The notes beneath the pieces were generated by a model. The model worked only from the letters and a program-made list of their open reading frames with translations. It searched no databases and was not told the DNA's origin. Both the position numbers and the translations under genes were made by a program. Positions 48,575 through 57,413 of a stretch of DNA of 64,000 nt are shown in pieces. Within the stretch, counting starts at the first letter, position 1. Each line of letters opens with the position of its first letter. Source of the stretch: Phycisphaeraceae bacterium (lineage in GTDB: Bacteria > Planctomycetota > Phycisphaerae > Phycisphaerales > Phycisphaeraceae); NCBI GenBank assembly GCA_963674705.1, contig OY771506.1, positions 2,496,001 to 2,560,000 of the forward strand. The letters are read 5' to 3'.

Positions 48575-49555
48575 ATGACCTACCGCATACTTGGCCGGAC
48601 GGGCGTTAAGGTTTCGCCGATCTGTTTGGGGACGATGAACTTCGGGGGGCGAACGGATGCGGACGAAGCAGGGAAGATTCTGGATGCGTACGTCGGGGGC
48701 GGCTGCAACTTTATTGATACCGCGAACGTGTACAACGAAGGCGCGAGCGAGTCGATCATCGGGGATTGGCTAGCAAGATGCGGCAAGCGCGATGAGGTCG
48801 TGCTGTCGACGAAAGTTCACGGGCGACGGTCGGATCATATCAATGATGCCGGCAACCACCGCTGGCACATCGTGCGCGAAGTCGAGCAGTCGCTCAAGCG
48901 GTTGAAAACGGATCGGATCGATCTGTACCACATTCATCGGCCCGACCCGGACACGCCGATCGATCAGACCCTGCGGGCGCTGGATGATCTTGTAAAGCAA
49001 GGCAAGATCCTTTATGCAGCAAGCAGCACGTTCCCCGCGTGGGAATTGGCTGAGGCGCACTTTATCGCGAAGGAACTGAACACGGTCCGCTTCGATGTGG
49101 AACAGCCGCCATTTAATATTATTGATCGTCGGATCGAGAAAGAAGTGTTGCCTTTCTGTATCCGGTACAACGTCGCAACGATTGTGTGGGCGCCGCTTGC
49201 GCGTGGCAGACTTGCGGGGACATACACGCGAGGCGGGCGCAAGTTCCCCAAAGGTTCGTGGTATGAATCGACAGGCAAGTCAGACTTCCCGCCGGCGCAG
49301 TGGCCTTTGATGGAAGCGGTCGACCAGTTGGCGGACGAACACGACATCACCAGCAGCCAGTTCTCGATTGCATGGTGTTTGAAGATCCCGGGCGTGACGT
49401 GCGCGATCATCGGCCCGAGGACGGTGCAGCAGGTGCAGGACAATATGGCCGCGGCGGATGTGAGTTTGAGTAGGGCAGTGATGGAGCAGGTGGACAAGCT
49501 GAACCCGCCCGGCGAGTTGTGCCGCGATCCGGGCTTGGGCGCGGTGCCACGGTAA
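48575..49555 (+). CDS. Aldo/keto reductase
   Basis: LGTMNFG, DTANVY, SLKRLKTDRIDLY.IH. Confidence 0.93.
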   Translation: MTYRILGRTGVKVSPICLGTMNFGGRTDADEAGKILDAYVGGGCNFIDTANVYNEGASESIIGDWLARCGKRDEVVLSTKVHGRRSDHINDAGNHRWHIVREVEQSLKRLKTDRIDLYHIHRPDPDTPIDQTLRALDDLVKQGKILYAASSTFPAWELAEAHFIAKELNTVRFDVEQPPFNIIDRRIEKEVLPFCIRYNVATIVWAPLARGRLAGTYTRGGRKFPKGSWYESTGKSDFPPAQWPLMEAVDQLADEHDITSSQFSIAWCLKIPGVTCAIIGPRTVQQVQDNMAAADVSLSRAVMEQVDKLNPPGELCRDPGLGAVPR

Positions 49556-49693
49556 GCGAGGAAAGCTGGAAAGCCGAAAACCAGAAAAGCAAAAAACGCA
49601 GGGAATAAAATCCCCGAACCCTGCCTCATATTCATACATTTACACATTATTGATGGAACCTGATACGACCGGATCAATAACCCGCTACTATGT

Positions 49694-50422
49694 TTGGTAA
49701 TGTCCACATGGTCCACAATCAAATTCTGGGTGCCTTTCCGCCGCTGGCATCGTACGGAAGAGGACATGTTGCGGCAGCAGCGGTGGGTACATCGACGTGT
49801 CGATCATCGTGAAGAATCGATCAATGCAGTGACCCACGCATTGGGCCTGGTGCTCAGTGTGGCGGCGGCGGTCCTGTTAATCGTTGTCTCGGCAAGGTTT
49901 GGAGGGGCATGGGAGGTGAGTGCCTGTGCGATTTACGCGGCGACACTGATCGCGGTGTATACCGCTTCGACGCTTTCGCATGTCATGCGTCGGCCACGCA
50001 CGCGCCATACCTTACGAATCATCGATCAGGCGGTCATATTCCTGTTTATCGCCGGCTCATACACGCCGGTTGCGTTAACGCATCTGCGCGAAGGGCCCTG
50101 GTGGATCCTGCACATCCTGCTCTGGGCGGTTGCGTTGTACGGCTTCTTTGCCAAAGCGGCGTTTGTTCATAATGTGCGTTCGGGGGATGTGACGACCAAA
50201 CTCTACCTGGCGCTGGGGTTACTGCCCGTGATCGCTTTTGTGACGTTGCCTTTGAATATGATGTTCTGGTTGTTCGCGGGAGGAGGGTGTTATTTGCTTG
50301 GGATTGTCTTTTTCCATTACGACAAGCGTATCCGTTACTTCCACGCGATCTGGCACCTGATGGTGATTGCCGGCAGCACTTTTCACTTCATGGGTGTACT
50401 TTTGTACTGTTCCGGAGCTTGA
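49694..50422 (+). CDS. Hemolysin III/PAQR family membrane protein
   Basis: EE.INAVTH, ST.SH, IF.FIAGSYTP, HAIWHL.V..GS..HF. Confidence 0.92.
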   Translation: MVMSTWSTIKFWVPFRRWHRTEEDMLRQQRWVHRRVDHREESINAVTHALGLVLSVAAAVLLIVVSARFGGAWEVSACAIYAATLIAVYTASTLSHVMRRPRTRHTLRIIDQAVIFLFIAGSYTPVALTHLREGPWWILHILLWAVALYGFFAKAAFVHNVRSGDVTTKLYLALGLLPVIAFVTLPLNMMFWLFAGGGCYLLGIVFFHYDKRIRYFHAIWHLMVIAGSTFHFMGVLLYCSGA

Positions 50423-50790
50423 TTCGGATATCTTGCCAAGTCTGATATGAATCGGCTTTATGTCTTGTGATTTAGTCATAACCCTAACCGGGCTTAATAT
50501 CGAACACATGAATGCTGTTCGTTCATGCCTGACGAGTTAGCAGACACGCGGCACGCAGGCAAGGTTGAAGTATGCCGAGGTCGAACACATCGTCGGGATC
50601 AACCGAATAATCCGTGTTTAATCCGCGTCTGTGTGATGTTCAACAAGCTGGATTGTGGCACATTATGAAATAAAAAGTATATACCGCTGTTCCGGGTGGA
50701 GGATCGCCACTACAATACGTGCGAGCATCTACAGGCGTTCGGGGTGGTGAGATCTCTAATCACCACCGGTTTAACAGGTAATCAGACAAT

Positions 50791-52638
50791 ATGGAACTTC
50801 CTCGACGTGAACGGGGCGATGAATTGCTCGCACCCGGTGCGATGACAATGCTCCGCCAACGATTAAGGGCCGTGGCGCCACGTCACGACCTTGTTACGGT
50901 TGCGGCATGTGCGTTCGATCACAGGACGCGGATGTTGCCTTTTATTTTTGCAGATACCCGGATGGCGCCTGCGGGCATCCGTGAGATCGGTTCGGCCCTG
51001 GTGGATAGCGGGTTCGAGAAGACCCGCCTTGTCCTGCAGCAGTGGAACCGCCGGTTCAGCCCGTCGCAGATGCGGTTGGACGGGCGGATCCCCGATATGT
51101 TCCTGGTTTCCAGCATGGGCATGCATGAGGCGGCGTGTAAGGCGCTGGTGCGAGATGCCCGGAAGATCGATCCCGCGCATCGGCCGTTGATTATCGTCGG
51201 CGGATCGCACGCGGTGTACGAACCTTTCAAAGTGTTCAGTGCAGACCCTGAAGACCCGGCGGGGCCCGATGTGGTCGTGACGGGTGAGGTTTTTGTATTC
51301 CTGAGTCTGCTCGAAGCAATCCTGTCGTTGCGCGCGGACGGTGAACCGATGCGTTCCGCCTTCGTGCGGGCTCGCGACTCGGGTGCACTGGATGAGATCC
51401 CCGGGCTGGTTTATCCGCTTGGTGCGCGTGACGGTGTGGCTGAAAAGCTTATCGACACCGGCACACAAAGATTGCTTGGCGACCTGGACGAGTTGTCGCA
51501 TCCGGTAATCGGTTACAGCATATTGGAGGCCCCTAGCCGAGGAACAACGCTTGCGCCCAAGGCGCTGCCGGCTAATCGCATCAGGCGCTACAGCCCGATC
51601 AGTTCAATTGTTATGACGTTCGGCTGCAAGTTCGCCTGCCCGTATTGCCCGATCCCGGCTTACAACCAGCGGCAGAACCGTATGAAGAGCCCACAGCGGA
51701 TCGCGGACGAGATGGTCCAGCTCGGTGATAAGTACGGTATCAGGTACTACTTCGGCACGGACGACAACTTCTTCAATGACCATAACAGGGCGCTGGCGAT
51801 TGCCGAAACACTGGCGAGTTCAAAGGTTGATGGTCAGTACCTGAAGAAACGCGTGCGCTGGGGCACGGAAGTGACGGTTCATGACACGCTGAAGATGAAG
51901 GACCATCTGTCGCTGATGCGCAACGCCGGCTGCCGCGGGCTTTGGCTCGGTGTTGAAGACATGACCGCCACGCTTGTGAAGAAGGGGCAAAGCGCGGACA
52001 AGACCACCGAGGCATTTCAGCGTCTGCGCGCCGCGGGGATCTGCCCGAATCCCATGATGATGCATCATGACTCACAACCGCTGTTTTCACGCAAGGGGAA
52101 CTACGGCCTGCTCAACCAGGTCAAGCAGCTACGCAAAGCGGGCGCTGTCACGCTTCAGGTACTCATGCTGGTCCCTGCGCCGGGCACGAAGCTCTACCAC
52201 GAGACGTTCAACTCCGGGCAGGTGTTCGACGAGGTCGGGGGCAGGCGTGTTGATCCTTACATGCATGACGGTAATTATGTGATCGCCTCGCACCACAAGC
52301 GGCCTTGGATCAAGCAGTTGAACATCCTGACCAGTTACGCGTACTTCTACAACCCGTGGTGGGCGGCAGTCACATTCTTCCGCAAGACCAACGTTGGCGG
52401 AAAGCCGTTCAACGCCCAGATATTCGGGATGCTGGGTAATACGCAGAACATCCGCCGCACCTTTGGCTGGGCGATCCGGCTGATGTTCTGCAAGATCAAA
52501 AGGCATACAAAGCCACCGACCAGCGCGATCCCGATGAAGAGCGTGGAGGGGACCAAATCCATCCACACCATGCCGACGGTGACGATCACGATCGATCAGG
52601 AAAGGAAGCCAGCGAAGGCAGTGAGTGTCGCGTCGTAG
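50791..52638 (+). CDS. Radical SAM protein with putative B12-binding N-domain
   Basis: IIVGGSHA..DVVVTGE; GCKFACPYC; TDDNFF; PAPGT. Confidence 0.85.
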   Translation: MELPRRERGDELLAPGAMTMLRQRLRAVAPRHDLVTVAACAFDHRTRMLPFIFADTRMAPAGIREIGSALVDSGFEKTRLVLQQWNRRFSPSQMRLDGRIPDMFLVSSMGMHEAACKALVRDARKIDPAHRPLIIVGGSHAVYEPFKVFSADPEDPAGPDVVVTGEVFVFLSLLEAILSLRADGEPMRSAFVRARDSGALDEIPGLVYPLGARDGVAEKLIDTGTQRLLGDLDELSHPVIGYSILEAPSRGTTLAPKALPANRIRRYSPISSIVMTFGCKFACPYCPIPAYNQRQNRMKSPQRIADEMVQLGDKYGIRYYFGTDDNFFNDHNRALAIAETLASSKVDGQYLKKRVRWGTEVTVHDTLKMKDHLSLMRNAGCRGLWLGVEDMTATLVKKGQSADKTTEAFQRLRAAGICPNPMMMHHDSQPLFSRKGNYGLLNQVKQLRKAGAVTLQVLMLVPAPGTKLYHETFNSGQVFDEVGGRRVDPYMHDGNYVIASHHKRPWIKQLNILTSYAYFYNPWWAAVTFFRKTNVGGKPFNAQIFGMLGNTQNIRRTFGWAIRLMFCKIKRHTKPPTSAIPMKSVEGTKSIHTMPTVTITIDQERKPAKAVSVAS

Positions 52639-52643
52639 GGGGG

Positions 52644-52863
52644 AAGCAGGAAACGCAGGAAATTTAGAAAGCAGAAAATAAGATTTCCCGATACCCGATA
52701 CCCGATACCCGATACCCGGGAAGAAGCCCGGCCCTTCGCTGCGCTCAGAACCGGCGTTGGGGGGAGGGGAGCCACTAGCCTTTAGCAATTAGCCATTAAC
52801 ACAAATCCCAAATCATCAATCCCAAATCATAAATACAATTCCCTACACCCCACACCCTATCCC
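52644..52863. repeat. Mosaic of several short tandem repeat arms
   Basis: aagcaggaaa-type, (cccgata)x4, tagcc-type, aaatcccaaatc-type and ccctacacccc-type tracts side by side. Confidence 0.85.
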
Positions 52864-52868
52864 ACGAA

Positions 52869-53516
52869 TCATCGACGACGCAGTAGCGCCAAGCTGCTGA
52901 GGCTGATCAGCGTCATTGTGCCTGGTTCCGGCCAAAGATATATCTGTGATGATGCTGAGTTCTGTGCGATCCAGTTATTGCCGCCGTCCACGCTTAACTC
53001 CGTGAATACATCGAAGAAGCTGTCGATAAAGTACCACCCGCCGCCCGAGTCGGCGATATACATGGTTCCCTGAGAGGATGCGGTTGGACTTTCCCGCAAC
53101 ACGATCGGGTTGGAACCGGCCAGGCCCGTCAGGCTCATCGATACGATTTCAGTATCAAACGTACCTGTGGTATTGCCAACCTTGTCTCGTGCAATGACCT
53201 CCATCACACCGTTTAATAGCAATGGGCTGACACCCATGCCGCAGTCGTATTCTCCCGTCAGGCTGACCGAGACGACGTTATGTTCGTCAGGGCCGATTGA
53301 TGACTTCACAACGTCGTCGCCTGTGGTTAGATCAAGGTCAGTAAAAACACACCATGAACTACCGATGTCATACGACATCGGTGTGACCATATACTCCGCA
53401 AGCCTGACGTATCCATCCGGGTACGGCGTCATAAGCGGGCTATAGGCCAATACGCACGAGCCAGACAGCATGAGAACCGCAGTCGCGATCGAGACGATAA
53501 AGCACTTGTGGTACAT
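52869..53516 (-). CDS. PEP-CTERM sorting domain protein
   Basis: RBS aggagg, signal peptide, DTEIVSMSLTG..IDSFFDVFTELS, C-terminal PEPGTMTLISLSSLALLRRR. Confidence 0.88.
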   Translation of the reverse strand: MYHKCFIVSIATAVLMLSGSCVLAYSPLMTPYPDGYVRLAEYMVTPMSYDIGSSWCVFTDLDLTTGDDVVKSSIGPDEHNVVSVSLTGEYDCGMGVSPLLLNGVMEVIARDKVGNTTGTFDTEIVSMSLTGLAGSNPIVLRESPTASSQGTMYIADSGGGWYFIDSFFDVFTELSVDGGNNWIAQNSASSQIYLWPEPGTMTLISLSSLALLRRR

Positions 53517-54012
53517 GATGCCCCTCCTGTTCTTGACGGACCCGGGGATCGAACGCGACCGCCGCGGAATCCATCCGGGTTCTTCGATTGACAACGCCGT
53601 TTTGCGCAGGCGCGGTTGCGCTCGTTTATCACGGTGTCTTAACGTGTCAGCATCGACCTGCTGCTCCTGAAGCAGATAACGACGTTGGTATGCCAACAGT
53701 CGTTAGCGGGGGGGATCGGGATTGAGAAGTGCTGTTTCTCCCTCCGCCTGATCGACTATATCCCCGAGGGCATTAGATCACAAGTTAAATGCAACTTTTT
53801 ATGTGCTGCCGGATTTGTCGGGCGGGGCCAGCCATCCGGCACTATCACACGACATGTATTGACGTTATCATGTTCTTGACTTCGTGTACGGACCCCCATG
53901 TGGGGCCGGGACCGCTTGGGGATTTATAGAAACCCGCCCGGCGACATGATTTATAACACGTTTCACGCCGCGTCTCGCGTCGGCGTGTGTTGTTACACGG
54001 AGTCGTTTGTCT

Positions 54013-55476
54013 ATGGCAGGGTCAATTACACCGCTTCCGGTGATGCTTGAAGAGGAAGAGGATCGCAAGGCTTACGCGGCGCTGGAGCCGCCGAAGTCGA
54101 TCGTGGTGCGCTACGGGTATCAGAAACTCGTCGCGGAGCTTTCCTACAGCGGCGATGACAAACCCGGCTGCGGATCGAAGATGGTGATCCGCACGCGGCG
54201 GGGCACTGAGCTGGCGGAGATGCTCACGACGACCTGCCCGAACTCGGGCTGTTCCAAGAGCGTCTCCCGAAAGGACATGCTCGACTACATCGAGAACTCC
54301 GGCGGGAAGGACTTCCCGTTTACCGACCAGGGCAAGATTCTGCGCGTCGCCGAGGTGGCGGACCTGAACGAGCAGGCCCGGCTCGACGGGAAGAAGCCCG
54401 AGGTGCTCCGGCTGACCAAGCAGTTCGTGAAGGAACTCGAGCTTGAGATGAAGCCGATCGAGGCTGAGCTTTTACTGGGCGGCGAGCGGATCATCATTTA
54501 TTACAACGCGGAGAACTGGGTCGACTTCCGGGAATTGGTCAAGAAACTCGCGGCCGAGCTTCAGACGCGGATCGAGATGCACCAGGTCAACGACCGCGAA
54601 GAGGCCCGGCTGGTTGCCGACTATGAGCGTTGCGGACAGTACTGCTGCTGCAAGAACTTCCTGAAAGTGCTCAAGCCGGTATCGATGCGTTCGGCAAAGG
54701 TGCAGAAAGCGACGCTCGACCCGCAGAAGATCTCCGGGCGCTGCGGCCGACTCATGTGCTGCCTGCGCTATGAAGATAAGACGTATGAAGAGCTGCGCAA
54801 GAAGCTGCCGCATCGTAAGACACTCGTCGAGACGGAAGACGGCATCGGCCTAGTGTTGAGTTCGCAGATCCTGACGCAGCTTGTCCTGGTCAAGATCGCC
54901 ACAAGTCCGCCTGCGGCGTACCCGCTTGAGAATATCCGCGTATTGAACAAGGAAGAGTGCGCCGAGTTCCGCAAACAGGAGCAGGAACGGGCCGAGCAAG
55001 CGGAGAAGAAAGCTTTTGCACGTCGCTCGTCCTCCGGCAGAAGTCGCGACGAGGAAAGCGACAAGCCGAAGGAAGAAACCGCGCCGCTCGAAGAGGAATC
55101 CGTTATCGAAACAGATGACAACGTAGAAACCACGGACGATCAGCCGAAGAAGAAACGCCGCCGTCGCCGCAACCGCAACAAGAAGAATCAGGACGATCAG
55201 AACAACCAGGGCGGCGAAGGTGGTGGCTACACCAACGATAACCAGGCATCACAGCAGCCGGGCGAGCAATCGCTACAACAACAAGACACCGACAGCGACC
55301 AATCGCAAAACGGCGGTGACGGTGAAAGTAACGGCGAAGGCAAATCCAAACGCCGCCGACGCAGGCGCAGAAGAAAGCGCAAGTCCGGCGGGGGCGAGCA
55401 GGGGCAGGGGGGGAATGACGGCGGCGATGGGGGTAATGGTGGTGGATCGGATGATGGTGCGCCGGCGGAAGAGTGA
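54013..55476 (+). CDS. PSP1-domain (RicT/YaaT-like) protein with disordered Arg-rich tail
   Basis: VDFRELVK.L, RIEM, CGQ.CCC, V.MR.AK.Q, KISGRCGRLMCCLRYE. Confidence 0.88.
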   Translation: MAGSITPLPVMLEEEEDRKAYAALEPPKSIVVRYGYQKLVAELSYSGDDKPGCGSKMVIRTRRGTELAEMLTTTCPNSGCSKSVSRKDMLDYIENSGGKDFPFTDQGKILRVAEVADLNEQARLDGKKPEVLRLTKQFVKELELEMKPIEAELLLGGERIIIYYNAENWVDFRELVKKLAAELQTRIEMHQVNDREEARLVADYERCGQYCCCKNFLKVLKPVSMRSAKVQKATLDPQKISGRCGRLMCCLRYEDKTYEELRKKLPHRKTLVETEDGIGLVLSSQILTQLVLVKIATSPPAAYPLENIRVLNKEECAEFRKQEQERAEQAEKKAFARRSSSGRSRDEESDKPKEETAPLEEESVIETDDNVETTDDQPKKKRRRRRNRNKKNQDDQNNQGGEGGGYTNDNQASQQPGEQSLQQQDTDSDQSQNGGDGESNGEGKSKRRRRRRRRKRKSGGGEQGQGGNDGGDGGNGGGSDDGAPAEE

Positions 55477-55583
55477 TATCCAGTTGTTTTTAAGTTTTCT
55501 CGTTGCGCCTCTGTCACTTTGTGTTCAAAAAACCAGAAATGCACTATCTGGCGTTTATATTGGGGTGGTATAATCGCAATAGC

Positions 55584-56237
55584 ATGCAGAATAAAGAACA
55601 GGCTATTATATCGTGTAATATGCTTGCAGGCTTAGTTACTGTTCCATGTATTTTCCTGTTTATTCCGTACTGCTTACATCCAATATTAGAGATATACACC
55701 AACTCGACATTCTCAATCAGTGTTGTTACGGATACGATCTTTTCAGCTTGTTCAATCTTGGTTGGTTGCATCTTCTGTGCCGGCATCTTTTTTGCCATAC
55801 GTAGTGCACTCACTTTTGCGATTGTTAAAAAAAGAATGCATGAAGCAATCGTCGGCAATCGATGTTTGCCTAAAAATTTCATTCGTGTTCTGGTGGTAGT
55901 AGCAACGATGTCCTTCGTGTTCTTTTGGATATTGGGATGGCGATCCATCAGGCCGTATGGTGATTGGCCTCGAGGTTTTCCAGATCCCGACGGATTCTTG
56001 ATATGGTTGGAACGCACAATTGATCATGCACGCCCTGCAGGCCCTGGGCGTATCAAAATCGAAGGTGAATGGCCAATCATCCGTTACTCGATCGGATTGG
56101 GCAATCTTATATCTTTGAGCATGATGATTGGAGGGATGCTTTTACTGAATTGGAGCAGATTGGTCCGGTGCATATGGAAGATTCAGAACTCCCGCAAGGA
56201 AGCTTTGGCTACGAAATGCAAATCCCAGTCGTTTTAA
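55584..56237 (+). CDS. AT-rich hypothetical membrane protein
   Basis: Four hydrophobic segments; atypical codon usage. Confidence 0.6.
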   Translation: MQNKEQAIISCNMLAGLVTVPCIFLFIPYCLHPILEIYTNSTFSISVVTDTIFSACSILVGCIFCAGIFFAIRSALTFAIVKKRMHEAIVGNRCLPKNFIRVLVVVATMSFVFFWILGWRSIRPYGDWPRGFPDPDGFLIWLERTIDHARPAGPGRIKIEGEWPIIRYSIGLGNLISLSMMIGGMLLLNWSRLVRCIWKIQNSRKEALATKCKSQSF

Positions 56238-56310
56238 ACAGCAAGTATTGTGAAATTGGGGTGGTGAAAGATATTGTGAGAAATAATCTTGTCGTTGATT
56301 ACATAATCCA

Positions 56311-56350
56311 CCCGGCCCTCACCCTTGCCCTCTCCCGCGGGGAGAGGGGA
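56311..56350. repeat. REP-like palindrome
   Basis: cccggccctcacccttgccctctcccgcggggagaggga. Confidence 0.8.
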
Positions 56351-56441
56351 TATGTGCAGGTTGTTACTTTGCGTGTTGTGAAGTGCGGGGCGCGTAAGGT
56401 ATGACAAGACAACCCGACCAGGATGGTCGGGCTATATGGGG

Positions 56442-57413
56442 TTAGTTGACGGGGATGTTGGCGTCTTCGGGGGTGCGGTCGAAGGGGTCTTCGATCAGGG
56501 AGATGACCATGAGCATCTGGGTGGGTTGGCCGGCGCGGATGCCGGTCATGAGGGATTTGCCTAAACCTTCGGGGACCGGTGGGATTCTTTTGTCGACGAC
56601 TTTGAATTCGGGTTTTTCCGGTTCACTCGATTCTGATTCGGTTTCGCTTACCGCTGTATTCTTCTCCGCGTCCTCTGCGGCCTCTGCGGTTACAGATGTA
56701 TCTTGTTCCGGCCAGGGGCGGTTGAGGCCGATGATGATGGCGGTGTCGGTGGTGATGGGCAGCAGCGCGGACAGTTCGCGGAAGACGCGGCCGTCGAGTT
56801 GTTTTTCCAGGGGGCTGCGCGGGATCAGGTCGGTTTTTTGTTTGTAGTGGTGGGGTGTGAGTTCGACGAAGGCGAGGCCTGTTTCGGATCGGCCGATGCG
56901 GATGAGCAGTTGGAGCCGGCCGTCGATGGCTTTGTATTCGGTGGGGGACTTGGGCGGGACGGTCAGGTCGACCATCACGGGTTCGAGCAGGCGTGGCGTG
57001 CTGCGTGCGGCGGTGGGGTAGTGTGAACTGTAGAGCTTGGCTTGCGATTCGCCATAGATGGGCGGCAGTGCTTTGGCGAAAGCCTCGGCGTTTTCCGCGT
57101 GCAACACGCCGATGCGCAGGCCGTTGGCTTGCCACAGGCCGTGCATGAGTTTGGGGACTTCCAGTTCGTCGACCTGCGCCCAGCAATCATCGAGCGAGAC
57201 GTCCAGGGGCATGTCGAGGCGGTTGATCATCGCGCCGACTTCCTTGTCAACCGTCGGGTCGCCCATAGCCTGGGCAGGTGTCGGGTTCGTGACGATTGGT
57301 TTGGCTTTATTCGCGTTTGGCGAGGTGGTTTCGCAGGACAGGAGGCATGTACACAGTGCTACGGCTAGCAGCGTTGTCAGCAGGCGTCGGGCTGTCCTTG
57401 TGCGATTACTCAT
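56442..57413 (-). CDS. Hypothetical lipoprotein
   Basis: Lipobox-like LLSC after a hydrophobic stretch; overlaps the argD stop by 4 nt. Confidence 0.7.
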   Translation of the reverse strand: MSNRTRTARRLLTTLLAVALCTCLLSCETTSPNANKAKPIVTNPTPAQAMGDPTVDKEVGAMINRLDMPLDVSLDDCWAQVDELEVPKLMHGLWQANGLRIGVLHAENAEAFAKALPPIYGESQAKLYSSHYPTAARSTPRLLEPVMVDLTVPPKSPTEYKAIDGRLQLLIRIGRSETGLAFVELTPHHYKQKTDLIPRSPLEKQLDGRVFRELSALLPITTDTAIIIGLNRPWPEQDTSVTAEAAEDAEKNTAVSETESESSEPEKPEFKVVDKRIPPVPEGLGKSLMTGIRAGQPTQMLMVISLIEDPFDRTPEDANIPVN

